Below are positions 9,219 through 18,164 of a DNA stretch of 64,000 nucleotides, piece by piece (positions within the stretch are counted from its first letter, which is position 1; every line of letters begins with the position of its first letter). Under the pieces are notes generated by a model that ran no database searches, was not told the origin of the DNA, and was given only the letters and a program-made list of their open reading frames with translations. This stretch comes from a bacterium (GTDB lineage Bacteria > Oederibacteriota > PGYV01 > Palsa-1178). Location of the stretch: assembly GCA_037138355.1 (NCBI GenBank), contig JBAXIL010000001.1, forward strand, positions 27,039 through 91,038, in the 5' to 3' direction. A program made the position numbers and the translations under genes.

Positions 9219-10337
9219 ATGAGAAAATATTTTAGAATTTTAATTACTGTCTTAATAATTATGGCAATTGCTGCTACAACATTGCTTGCCGTGGAATTAA
9301 GAGTTAGAAATGTTGCCAGATTTAAAGGCGTTCGCGATAATCAATTGACAGGTTTTGGACTTGTTGTAGGTTTAAAAGGAACTGGCGATAGAAATACTAC
9401 TGTTTTTACAACTCAGGCAATCGTTAATATGTTAAAGAGATTTGGAATAGCCGATGCTGCAACACAAATCAAAGTAAGAAATGTAGCAGCGGTCATGGTC
9501 ACAGCAAACTTGCCAGCATTCGCAAAAAAAGGAGACAAGATAGATGTAGTAGTTTCCTCAATGGGTGATGCCAAAAGTTTGGATGGTGGAGTATTGCTTG
9601 TAGCCACTATGAAGGGTCTTGATGATAATATATATGTGGCTGCACAAGGACCTATCTCTACGGGAGAAGGCGGAGCAACTATGGGTTCTATTGCTGCAAT
9701 GTCAAATAAAATGACAACAGGTCGTGTCCCAAATGGTGGCTTGGTAGAAAAAGAAGTACCAGTTACTTTTGTCGATGATAAAAATAATATGTTCCTAATT
9801 TTAAATATTCCTGATTTTACTTCTTCAGATAGAATAACTTATGCAATTAATTCTCAGTTTTGGGGAAGTATTGCAAGTGCGGTTGATGCGAGTACGGTTA
9901 AAATTAGTGTTCCATATGATTTTCAAAATAATTTTGTTGAATTTGCAGCTGCAGTCGAAGGGCTTTATGTGGAAACAGAAGAAGTAGCAAATAAAGTTGT
10001 AATTAATGAGAGAACTGGAACTGTAGTTATGGGTGCGGATGTTACCATAGACACTTGTGCAGTATCTCATGGAAATTATAATGTGAATATTGCTGTAACA
10101 AAACAGATTTCCCAACCAAATCCTTTCGTACCAGGTGCTTCTGCTATGGTGTATGAAGATTCAAATATTAAAATGGAAGGTGCAGGAAATCAGTTAGTGA
10201 CACTGCCGCAGGGAGCTAATGTACAGGACTTAGTAAATGCTTTAAATGTTCTCGGAGCCACACCACAGGATATTATTAATATAATTCAGGCGATAAAAGC
10301 GGCGAATGCACTACACGCTGAAATTTCTATAATGTAA
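9219..10337 (+). CDS. flgI: Flagellar P-ring protein FlgI
   Basis: ATG 9219 after GAGGTG; GVRDNQLTGFGLVVGLKGTGD, NVAAVMVTANLP, KVVINERTGTVVMG. Confidence 0.96.
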   Translation: MRKYFRILITVLIIMAIAATTLLAVELRVRNVARFKGVRDNQLTGFGLVVGLKGTGDRNTTVFTTQAIVNMLKRFGIADAATQIKVRNVAAVMVTANLPAFAKKGDKIDVVVSSMGDAKSLDGGVLLVATMKGLDDNIYVAAQGPISTGEGGATMGSIAAMSNKMTTGRVPNGGLVEKEVPVTFVDDKNNMFLILNIPDFTSSDRITYAINSQFWGSIASAVDASTVKISVPYDFQNNFVEFAAAVEGLYVETEEVANKVVINERTGTVVMGADVTIDTCAVSHGNYNVNIAVTKQISQPNPFVPGASAMVYEDSNIKMEGAGNQLVTLPQGANVQDLVNALNVLGATPQDIINIIQAIKAANALHAEISIM

Positions 10338-10407
10338 TAGCTTTAACAGATTCAAGTTAATATTCTAAGAGAAAATATTTCAAAATGATTGAGACCAAGG
10401 AGAACAA

Positions 10408-10824
10408 ATGCCAGATTTTTTAGGAAGCTCAGAGATTATCGCAAGGACGGATATGATGGGCCTTACAAATAGGTTGCAAGAAGCAACTATACAGGCAAAT
10501 AAAACTGATGGAGTTAAAGATGCTAAATATCTCGCTCAAATAAAAAATGTATCTCGCGAGTTTGAATCAATCTTTCTCGGATACATGTTAAAACAAATGC
10601 GTAAAACAGTACCTGAAGATGCACTTATGGGTAATAGCCCAGCAAAAGATATATTTATTGGTATGCAAGATGATGAACTATCAAAAGAGCTTTCAAAGGC
10701 TGGTGGCATAGGTTTGGCGGCAGTTATTTATTCTCAGCTTGCCAGTCAGGGAGCAGCAGCAAAGCGTCCGCATGTAGCTCCAGTTATGCCAATACCAATT
10801 AATAAGACAGACATAACAATATAG
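10408..10824 (+). CDS. flgJ: Short FlgJ (rod-binding domain only)
   Basis: REFESIFLGYMLKQMRKTV...DDELSKELSKAGGIGLA; follows flgI; no hydrolase domain. Confidence 0.87.
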   Translation: MPDFLGSSEIIARTDMMGLTNRLQEATIQANKTDGVKDAKYLAQIKNVSREFESIFLGYMLKQMRKTVPEDALMGNSPAKDIFIGMQDDELSKELSKAGGIGLAAVIYSQLASQGAAAKRPHVAPVMPIPINKTDITI

Positions 10825-10840
10825 CTATATTTATAAGGGC

Positions 10841-10867
10841 AAAAGCCGGCTTTAAGCCGGCTTTTTT
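10841..10867 (+). terminator. Intrinsic terminator after flgJ
   Basis: AAAAGCCGGCTT-T-AAGCCGGCTTTTTT inverted repeat with T tract. Confidence 0.85.
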
Positions 10868-10916
10868 AATTAATAGATATATAGTTTGTAGTTACTAAAA
10901 TAAATTAAAATAAAGC

Positions 10917-10943
10917 TAAAGTTATTCGTATTATGTCCGATAT
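10917..10943 (+). promoter_or_regulatory. sigma28 (FliA/SigD) promoter for flgM-flgN-flgK
   Basis: TAAA (10917-10920), N15, TCCGATAT (10936-10943); close to the TAAA-N15-GCCGATAA consensus. Confidence 0.8.
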
Positions 10944-10985
10944 ATATATAAAGAAGGTAAATAGTTTCAAAAGGAGGCGAAATCA

Positions 10986-11285
10986 ATGATACCAATAAAC
11001 AATTCAGGAAACATCAATCCTATCTTGCCACAAAATCTTACAGATTTAGCTACAAGTAAAAGTAAAGAGCAAGCTCCAGTTTTAAACACAGCAAATACTC
11101 CAGCAGATAAGGTTGAGATTTCAAAGCAGGCAGCAATCATCAGTAAGGCAATTGTTGCTTTAAATGAACTACCAGCAGTGAGAACAAACCTTATTGCAAA
11201 CGCTACGCAGGAAAGAGTTGTACAGGACAAACAGATTCCTGCAGGATTGCTTGCTCAAAAAATGCTTTTTGAAGACATAAAGTAA
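10986..11285 (+). CDS. flgM: Anti-sigma28 factor FlgM
   Basis: About 100 aa, DKVEIS motif, C-terminal LAQKML; precedes flgN; sigma28 promoter and AGGAGG SD. Confidence 0.78.
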   Translation: MIPINNSGNINPILPQNLTDLATSKSKEQAPVLNTANTPADKVEISKQAAIISKAIVALNELPAVRTNLIANATQERVVQDKQIPAGLLAQKMLFEDIK

Positions 11286-11294
11286 AAGGAATAT

Positions 11295-11804
11295 ATGGAT
11301 AAACAACTTAAAACAAGCTTCATTGTGATAGTTAAAAATCAGATTGAGCTATATAATAAACTCAAAATACTTTCAATTGCTGAACAGAAAACTTTGACGA
11401 CGAAAGAAGCTCGTGGACTTGAGGATATAGTAAAGCAAAAAGAAATACTCATTAATGCAATAAAAAAGCAAGAAGATGAGAAGCTCGTTGTATTTGTTAA
11501 AATGGCTGAGAGTTTTGGTTTGAAATATACTCCAGAATTGAAACTTCAGGATTTGCTTTCTAAGGCAGGAAGTGAAGACTCAGTAGAGATTGATAAGGAA
11601 ACCACTAAACTAATAATCTTGATTAAGGATATTATTACTTTAAATGTAAATAACTCCAGATTAATGAAAAATTATCTTGATTTTATGAAGTTCACTGCAG
11701 AGCTAAAAGCAAAAATTGAAAACCCTGTACAACCAATATACAATCAGGATGGGATAGTTAAGAACGCAGCAGATAAAAAAAGTAAAATAGACCAACAGAT
11801 ATAA
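11295..11804 (+). CDS. flgN: Flagellar export chaperone FlgN
   Basis: Helical 169-aa protein, LNVNNSRLMK and YNQDG motifs, between flgM and flgK. Confidence 0.82.
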   Translation: MDKQLKTSFIVIVKNQIELYNKLKILSIAEQKTLTTKEARGLEDIVKQKEILINAIKKQEDEKLVVFVKMAESFGLKYTPELKLQDLLSKAGSEDSVEIDKETTKLIILIKDIITLNVNNSRLMKNYLDFMKFTAELKAKIENPVQPIYNQDGIVKNAADKKSKIDQQI

Positions 11805-11823
11805 AAACTGAAGGGAGCATACT

Positions 11824-13968
11824 ATGTTAAATATTTCAATGGGTTTAGAAACAGCACTGAGGTCGCTACTTGCAAATACTGCGGCACTAAATACGGCAAA
11901 TACTAATGTGGCTAATGCAAACAATGCTGATTATTCGAAACAGGTAGCTAATATGTCAGCCACATCGGCCTTAACGATTGCAGGACAGGCTGGACAGATA
12001 GGAACAGGCACGCTTCTGAGCAGTGTTCAAAGAATAAGAGATATTTATCTTGATAGGCAGATAAGAACTGAGTGGATGAATTATGGAAAAGCTGAAATTA
12101 CAGATAGAACTTATCAAAATATAATGGCTTTTATTCCTGAATTATCTGGAGTTCCTGCAAATGGAATTGGAACAAAAATAGATCAATTTTTTACTGCCTG
12201 GACAAATGTTTCAACTCAGGCAGCGCTTGCAGCCGCAGGTTCAGCTAATACCTTGAGTGATGCTCTTAATACGGTTTATCAGCTTGCTGCAAGTTTAGCA
12301 GCTCAGCTTAATACTCAATCAAATGATTTAACAAATATACAGCTTGATTTAAATACGGAATTAGAATCAACTGTGCAAAGTGTTAATGCTCAGCTTCAAA
12401 ATATTTATCAACTAAATAAATCTATCGTTTATCTTATGGGACAAGGACAGCAGCCTAATGATTTGCTTGATAAGCGTGATGCTGCTATGGCAAAACTGGC
12501 TGAACTAATTAATTTTGATACGGCAAATAAAACGGATGGTTCTGTTACAATAATGTTAGGCGGAAGAACTCTTGTAAGTGGAGCAGATAGCTATAATCTA
12601 TTAACTACTATGACTTCAGGAGTTATTACAAAGACTTCGCCTTTGACTTTTGGTGTAAGAGATTCAAGGTTTGAATCTGTCGGTATAACAAACAGTAACG
12701 GTTCAAATGCTGTTCAGCTCGATAATTCTATTTTTACTGGTGGAAAGATTGCGGGTATATTATATTCGCGAGATAATATTGTTCATGATTACAGTTCTCA
12801 GCTTGATTCGGTAGCCAATACCCTAATTACTATGGTAAATAACATATACAATGCTACCAAAAAATCTGGCACTACTGACAATGTTGACTTCTTTAGTGGC
12901 ACTATGGCATCAAATATAGCTGTAAATCAGACAATTCAAAGTGGAAGTGATATATCTTATACTATGTTTAAAGTGGGTGATATAGCAAAAATACTTGGAC
13001 AATTAAGTAATAAATTGGTTTCTACTCGGGTAGTGTCAGAGACACTAAGCTTAACCTCTGCTTCAGCATTATCAGCTTTACCACTTCCAGCAGGAACTTC
13101 AGGGGAATTGATTATTAATGACACACATATAGCAGTAACTTCAACTATGACTATGGCTGACCTCATAAATGCAATAAACACGCATGCAACCGATTTTTCA
13201 GCGGTTTATAATGATGTGACTAAAACATTTTTTATGGTTTCTTCTAAACCATTAGTAATACAAGAGGTTGGTTTGGGCGGCAATTTTCTTCGTAACATGA
13301 AATTGATTGAGGAACAAATTAGTACTGCTTCAATTGTCTATAATGCTGATATGGCAAGTCAAACATTAGACCTAAACGCAAGTTGGATATCCCAAAAATA
13401 TACTTTTGATATTCCTGCTACAACAAGTGGTACAATTAACATAAGTTTGGGAGGTCAGACCTATTCAATTGATTGGCTCAATAAGAATTCAATCTTGTTT
13501 ACCAATTGGTCAATTTATGCACTTGATGGAAACTCCTCAGTCCCGCCTGGAATAAGTCAATATAACTATTTTGCTGATGAGAAGTTCCATTTCGGTACAA
13601 GGGTTGGCAACGCTGGAGTCGCAAATGAAATTACCCCTTTTACAATGTATGATAAGTCAGGAAATCTTACACAGACGATGAAAATCATTGGAACTGTTAG
13701 CTTTAATCAATATTATAATTCCATTTCTAATGCTATATTTAGTGACGCAAGTAGCGCGGCTACTATGGTGGCTTCTGATAAAAGCACTTTGGATCAACTT
13801 CAAGCAATGCAGGATACTATTACCAAGGTTGATGTAAATGCAGAACTGGCAAAAGCTAAATTATATCAGCGTGCCTATGATGCCTCAGTTAAGTTTATGT
13901 CGGTAATTGATGAAATGTTAAATATGCTAATCAATAAAACTGGAACTTCATCAACATCTATTAGCTAA
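11824..13968 (+). CDS. flgK: Flagellar hook-associated protein FlgK (divergent, long)
   Basis: NVANANNADYSKQ, GQIGTG, VQRIRDIYLDRQIR, PNDLLDKRD, GGKIAG; C-terminal VDVNAELAKAKLYQRAYDASVKFMSVIDEML. Confidence 0.9.
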   Translation: MLNISMGLETALRSLLANTAALNTANTNVANANNADYSKQVANMSATSALTIAGQAGQIGTGTLLSSVQRIRDIYLDRQIRTEWMNYGKAEITDRTYQNIMAFIPELSGVPANGIGTKIDQFFTAWTNVSTQAALAAAGSANTLSDALNTVYQLAASLAAQLNTQSNDLTNIQLDLNTELESTVQSVNAQLQNIYQLNKSIVYLMGQGQQPNDLLDKRDAAMAKLAELINFDTANKTDGSVTIMLGGRTLVSGADSYNLLTTMTSGVITKTSPLTFGVRDSRFESVGITNSNGSNAVQLDNSIFTGGKIAGILYSRDNIVHDYSSQLDSVANTLITMVNNIYNATKKSGTTDNVDFFSGTMASNIAVNQTIQSGSDISYTMFKVGDIAKILGQLSNKLVSTRVVSETLSLTSASALSALPLPAGTSGELIINDTHIAVTSTMTMADLINAINTHATDFSAVYNDVTKTFFMVSSKPLVIQEVGLGGNFLRNMKLIEEQISTASIVYNADMASQTLDLNASWISQKYTFDIPATTSGTINISLGGQTYSIDWLNKNSILFTNWSIYALDGNSSVPPGISQYNYFADEKFHFGTRVGNAGVANEITPFTMYDKSGNLTQTMKIIGTVSFNQYYNSISNAIFSDASSAATMVASDKSTLDQLQAMQDTITKVDVNAELAKAKLYQRAYDASVKFMSVIDEMLNMLINKTGTSSTSIS

Positions 13969-13981
13969 TTTAATAATTTTC

Positions 13982-14014
13982 AAAAAGGTCGGGTTAATAG
14001 CCCGACCTTTTTTT
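13982..14014 (+). terminator. Intrinsic terminator after flgK
   Basis: AAAAAGGTCGGG-TTAATAG-CCCGACCTTTTTTT. Confidence 0.9.
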
Positions 14015-14033
14015 ATATATATTATATGCTTTA

Positions 14034-14062
14034 TTGACAAAAGGTTTATGCTGTATTATCAT
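14034..14062 (+). promoter_or_regulatory. sigma70 promoter of lnt, positioned for a leaderless transcript
   Basis: TTGACA 14034-14039, 17 bp, TATCAT 14057-14062, then 7 nt to the ATG at 14070. Confidence 0.65.
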
Positions 14063-14069
14063 TAAAAAT

Positions 14070-15593
14070 ATGAAAAAACATTCTCTATATATTTTTTTAT
14101 CAGTTTTAACAGGCATATTGTTGGCTTTCAGTTTTCCTAACATTATTGAGAAAACTCTAAATGTTCATACTTCTTTTTTTATGTGGTTTGCATTTGTCCC
14201 ACTTTTGTACATTGTAATTAGTTCAGATAAAATTTCAAGCGTATTTATTTATAGTCTTTTGTCTACGAGTATATTTTATCTTAGTGCATTATATTGGATA
14301 TGCTTCGTAGGTCCCATGGGGTATGGAGCATATTTAGCTTGGTTTTTGTTTTGTGTTTATCTTGCAATGATATATGCACTTTCTTTTGTTGTTATAAAAT
14401 ATTTAAATAATAAACTAAATATTGATTATATATTTTCTGTACCTGTTATATTGACTATTGCTGAGTATATAAGAGGATGGTTATTTACTGGTTGGCCTGG
14501 ACTAACTCCAGCACAAAGTCAGCATCAGCTTATACCAGTTCTACAAATTTTGAGTATAACCGGTGTTTCTGGTCTGAACTTTATTGTCTTTTCAATAAAT
14601 TGTATAATTGTTTCTATTATAGCTGGCTCTATCTATAGGTATAATAAATTAGAGAATATTGTTTGGATAATGATTTTTATTATGTTGTCTGGTTTCGCTG
14701 TGATATCTAACTATTATCAAAATACCGGAACTATAACAGTTAAAACGGCCATTATACAACCAAATATAGACCAAAATGTTAGGTGGACGACTAAATATCA
14801 AAAATATACTATGAATACAATGAAGGTCTTATACAAGAGTATTTCAATACTTAAGCCTAATATTGTTGTTTGGCCGGAAACAGGTTATCCTGGCGTTCTC
14901 AATATGGAAGGTAATAAAAATCCTGAAATAGCATCATGGGTTAAGGGAGCTTTTTCGATAGTGGGTTCAGATAAAATATTGATTAAAAATAATATAACGG
15001 AATATTACAATGCGGCTTATATGTTAAATTCTAATGGTAAAATCATTGGAGATTATTCTAAACATCACTTGGTACCTTTCGGGGAGTATATTCCTTTACA
15101 GGAAGTTATACCATTTGTCAAAAAGGTAGTACAGCGTTATGGTTATGTCGGTTTTTCAAGTGGGTCAACAATTGTTCCTTTAGATTATAAAGGAATAAAG
15201 ATAGGTCCAATAATATGTTTTGATAGCTTTTTTCCAGAAATAAGTAGAGAGCATGCAAACAAAGGGGCAAAAATATTAGCTCATTTGTCCTATGAAACTT
15301 GGTATGGTGTTTCTCCAGCTTCCGCACAGGTTTTCACAAATGTTATTTTAAGAGCTGTTGAAAATAGAGTTTATGTAGTTAGATCTGTGGCCTCTGGAAT
15401 ATCAGGTATAGTTAATGATAAGGGAGAGGTTCTTGCAAGTACAAAGTTATTTGAAAAAAAAGCATTAGTTTGTGAATTGAAATTGAGCGATAATCAGTAT
15501 AGAAGTTTCTATACGAAGCACGGCGATTGGCTGCCTTTATTTTTGATGATTATATTTTTGTTTATTATGGCTGCACGATTTATTAAAATATGA
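14070..15593 (+). CDS. lnt: Apolipoprotein N-acyltransferase
   Basis: Multi-TM N-terminus, GWLFTGWP, IIQPNI, VVWPET, YSKHHLVPFGEYIP, IICFD (E-K-C triad). Confidence 0.95.
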   Translation: MKKHSLYIFLSVLTGILLAFSFPNIIEKTLNVHTSFFMWFAFVPLLYIVISSDKISSVFIYSLLSTSIFYLSALYWICFVGPMGYGAYLAWFLFCVYLAMIYALSFVVIKYLNNKLNIDYIFSVPVILTIAEYIRGWLFTGWPGLTPAQSQHQLIPVLQILSITGVSGLNFIVFSINCIIVSIIAGSIYRYNKLENIVWIMIFIMLSGFAVISNYYQNTGTITVKTAIIQPNIDQNVRWTTKYQKYTMNTMKVLYKSISILKPNIVVWPETGYPGVLNMEGNKNPEIASWVKGAFSIVGSDKILIKNNITEYYNAAYMLNSNGKIIGDYSKHHLVPFGEYIPLQEVIPFVKKVVQRYGYVGFSSGSTIVPLDYKGIKIGPIICFDSFFPEISREHANKGAKILAHLSYETWYGVSPASAQVFTNVILRAVENRVYVVRSVASGISGIVNDKGEVLASTKLFEKKALVCELKLSDNQYRSFYTKHGDWLPLFLMIIFLFIMAARFIKI

Positions 15594-16330
15594 ATATTAT
15601 TATAAGTGACATAGATGGGACACTGCTTGGGGATAGGGTTGGTTTGGCTGACTTCAATCAATACATTGAAGGTATTAGAGATAAGGTATTTCTTGTTTAT
15701 GCTACGGGTCGTAGTTACGGTGAATATCTAAATGCTTTGAAGGAAGAAGGACTTATTCTCCCAAATGCAGTTATAACTTCTACGGGAGCTGATATATACT
15801 TAAAAAATAAAGATACATATGAAATGGATAAAAAGTGGCATGAAATAATAGGATCTAATGCATGGAATGTTGATTTAGTAAGGAATTTGTTAGATAAGCT
15901 ACCAGAGCTGATAAGCCAGACTGCCAAAAATGATTATAAAGCGTCATATTATTTGAATAATAAACATTTAAAAACGCTTGAAATTAAAGTGATAGAGTTA
16001 ATTAAAAGTATAGGCATTAAAGCCAAAGTGATATCAAGTCATGGAATTTATCTTGATATACTTCCTGAGAACTGTGATAAAGGGGAAGCAGCAGTGTATT
16101 TAGTTAAGAAGCTTAAGATGTCTCATAGTGATGTTATTGTGGCTGGTGATTCAGAAAATGATGTGGACCTTTTTAGAAAATTCAAGCATGGAATCATAGT
16201 GGGGAATGCCCACCTTGCTATGAAAGAACTATTGAAAGGAAATGATTATTATGAGGCAACTGCTCACGCAGCTGCAGGATTATTGGAAGGCCTCAGATAT
16301 TATGCAGGTAAAAACATATTTAAAATATAG
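15590..16330 (+). CDS. HAD-IIB phosphatase, sucrose-phosphatase-like
   Basis: SDIDGTLLGD, VYATGRS, LDILP..CDKG, AGDSENDVDLF. Confidence 0.85.
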   Translation: MNIIISDIDGTLLGDRVGLADFNQYIEGIRDKVFLVYATGRSYGEYLNALKEEGLILPNAVITSTGADIYLKNKDTYEMDKKWHEIIGSNAWNVDLVRNLLDKLPELISQTAKNDYKASYYLNNKHLKTLEIKVIELIKSIGIKAKVISSHGIYLDILPENCDKGEAAVYLVKKLKMSHSDVIVAGDSENDVDLFRKFKHGIIVGNAHLAMKELLKGNDYYEATAHAAAGLLEGLRYYAGKNIFKI

Positions 16331-16360
16331 ACTGTTTGTTAACGATCGGAGAGCTTTACC

Positions 16361-17137
16361 TTGAAAAAAAAATATTATGTTGTAATTTCTAATGATGATG
16401 GGATACAATCAGACGGATTAAAAGCTGTACATGAAGCATTGAAACCTATTGCAGATGTGATAATCTCGGCACCAGATATACAAAGAAGTGGAGCCTCTCA
16501 TTCTATCTCTTGCATTAATCCAATAAAAGTAAGAAATATTCATTATAATGGATCTCGAGCTCATGCGGTCTCGGGAACGCCAGCAGATTGTGCTAAACTT
16601 GCATTGTTAAGCTTAGCAAGAAGAAAACCAGATTTGCTAATTTCTGGCATCAATCATGGACCAAATATAGCACAGTTTATACTCTATTCAGGGACTGTTG
16701 GAGCAGCAGCTGAAGCGGCTATATTAGGAATTCCTGCAATTGCTTTTTCTATAGATTCTTATGAGCCAAAGGATTTCGTTTTTGCTGTTAAATATATCAG
16801 GCAAATAGCTTTAAAAGTATTAAAAGGCAAAATTAAAATAAAAAAACACACTATGCTTAACATAAACTTTCCAGACAGAAAAGAAGGAGATATCAAAGGA
16901 GTTAAGATCCTACCAAAAGGTTTAAATGAATATGCAGAGAAATATGTGAAAAAAATAGGAAAAAAAGGTCAAGATTCATATTATTGGCATATTTTAGGTA
17001 AAAAAATCAAAAGAAAAAAACAATTAACTGATGCAGATGGGGTAGAAGCAGGATATATCACTATTACACCGTTATATTTTGATTTAAATGATGCAGATGC
17101 CATAATTAAGCTAAAACAAAAGGACTTTATAATATAA
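16361..17137 (+). CDS. surE: 5'/3'-nucleotidase SurE
   Basis: ISNDDG, SGASHS, SGTPADC, SGINHGPN, YSGTVGAAAEA. Confidence 0.96.
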   Translation: MKKKYYVVISNDDGIQSDGLKAVHEALKPIADVIISAPDIQRSGASHSISCINPIKVRNIHYNGSRAHAVSGTPADCAKLALLSLARRKPDLLISGINHGPNIAQFILYSGTVGAAAEAAILGIPAIAFSIDSYEPKDFVFAVKYIRQIALKVLKGKIKIKKHTMLNINFPDRKEGDIKGVKILPKGLNEYAEKYVKKIGKKGQDSYYWHILGKKIKRKKQLTDADGVEAGYITITPLYFDLNDADAIIKLKQKDFII

Positions 17138-17164
17138 AAAAAGCGCGAATAAATCGCGCTTTTT
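17138..17164. terminator. Bidirectional intrinsic terminator between convergent genes
   Basis: AAAAAGCGCGA-ATAAA-TCGCGCTTTTT with A and T tracts on either side. Confidence 0.85.
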
Positions 17165-17184
17165 AAATTTATAAATTGATTTGT

Positions 17185-17655
17185 TTATTTTTTGTTTTTG
17201 TCTAATATCTTTCTTTGTATTTTATCTTTGTGCTTTTCCAATAATGAAACCATTTTATTGAATTGTTCGTCGGTCAGAATCTCTTTAACCTTGAACATGT
17301 GTTCAGTTCTTGTCTTAATTAATTTTCTTTCTATATTTGCCATTTTGTCAGTGAGAGCATTTATTTTGTCTCTGTTCGTGGGATTATTTTTAAACTCATC
17401 TTGAATGTCCCAAACTGTTGTTTTTAGTTCGTTTCTCATGGAAAATATTTCGCGCTTTGAAGAGTCTTTCAAGGATTGAAGCTGTTCTTCTTGAGCAGGA
17501 GAGAGCTTAAGCTCGTCTACTATCTTCAGAACCCCTCCAATAATCATTCCTGGACCTATTCCATCATCCCCATCTGGGCCTGGTCCTTCTGCTGCGAAAA
17601 TGAAAGGTATTGCAGTAAATATTAAGGCAAGTACAAAAATTATGCTTTTTCTCAT
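17185..17655 (-). CDS. Periplasmic Spy/CpxP/ZraP-family protein
   Basis: Signal peptide; ELKLSPAQEEQL and ILTDEQF (LTxxQ motifs); ATG 17655 is best spaced from AGGAGG. Confidence 0.85.
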   Translation of the reverse strand: MRKSIIFVLALIFTAIPFIFAAEGPGPDGDDGIGPGMIIGGVLKIVDELKLSPAQEEQLQSLKDSSKREIFSMRNELKTTVWDIQDEFKNNPTNRDKINALTDKMANIERKLIKTRTEHMFKVKEILTDEQFNKMVSLLEKHKDKIQRKILDKNKK

Positions 17656-17723
17656 TACCATACCTCCTTAAGTTATTTTGTTTGCTTTATTAAATAATAA
17701 AAGACTAAAGTCACAAAAATTAT

Positions 17724-18164
17724 TTAAAATACTTCTGTGTTATATTCGTTGTCATATATGTATGAAACCTCTTCTATGTCTGAAGTCTCATACAGTGCAG
17801 TTTCTGCAATATTATAGTCATCAATAAGAATATTAGATAATTTTGTTTTCTTTTCCAAATTAGGATAAAGGAAAACTCCAACAAGCAGTAGCACTGCTGT
17901 AGCCATGGCAAATGCTGGTTTAAATATCAAGGTAAACAAAGTTTGTCTTTTTTGATTCACAATTCTTTTAATGTTGGTTAAAACAGAAAGAGAAGGCTCT
18001 CTCAATGTGACTTTAAATAAAGTACTCAATTTGACAAGTTTTTTTAGTTCTGATTCACAAGCTTTACAAGTTTTTAAGTGATTTTCTATTGTCTTAGTGG
18101 TAACAGCGTCTAATTCGGTTCTTTTAAAGTCGTACAATAGGGAACTTACTTTAGCACATTTCAT
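17724..18164 (-). CDS. Zinc-binding anti-sigma factor (zf-HC2) with one TM helix
   Basis: MKC...HLKTCKAC (HxxxCxxC), TM segment AFAMATAVLLLVGVFLY; start overlaps the sigma stop. Confidence 0.88.
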   Translation of the reverse strand: MKCAKVSSLLYDFKRTELDAVTTKTIENHLKTCKACESELKKLVKLSTLFKVTLREPSLSVLTNIKRIVNQKRQTLFTLIFKPAFAMATAVLLLVGVFLYPNLEKKTKLSNILIDDYNIAETALYETSDIEEVSYIYDNEYNTEVF

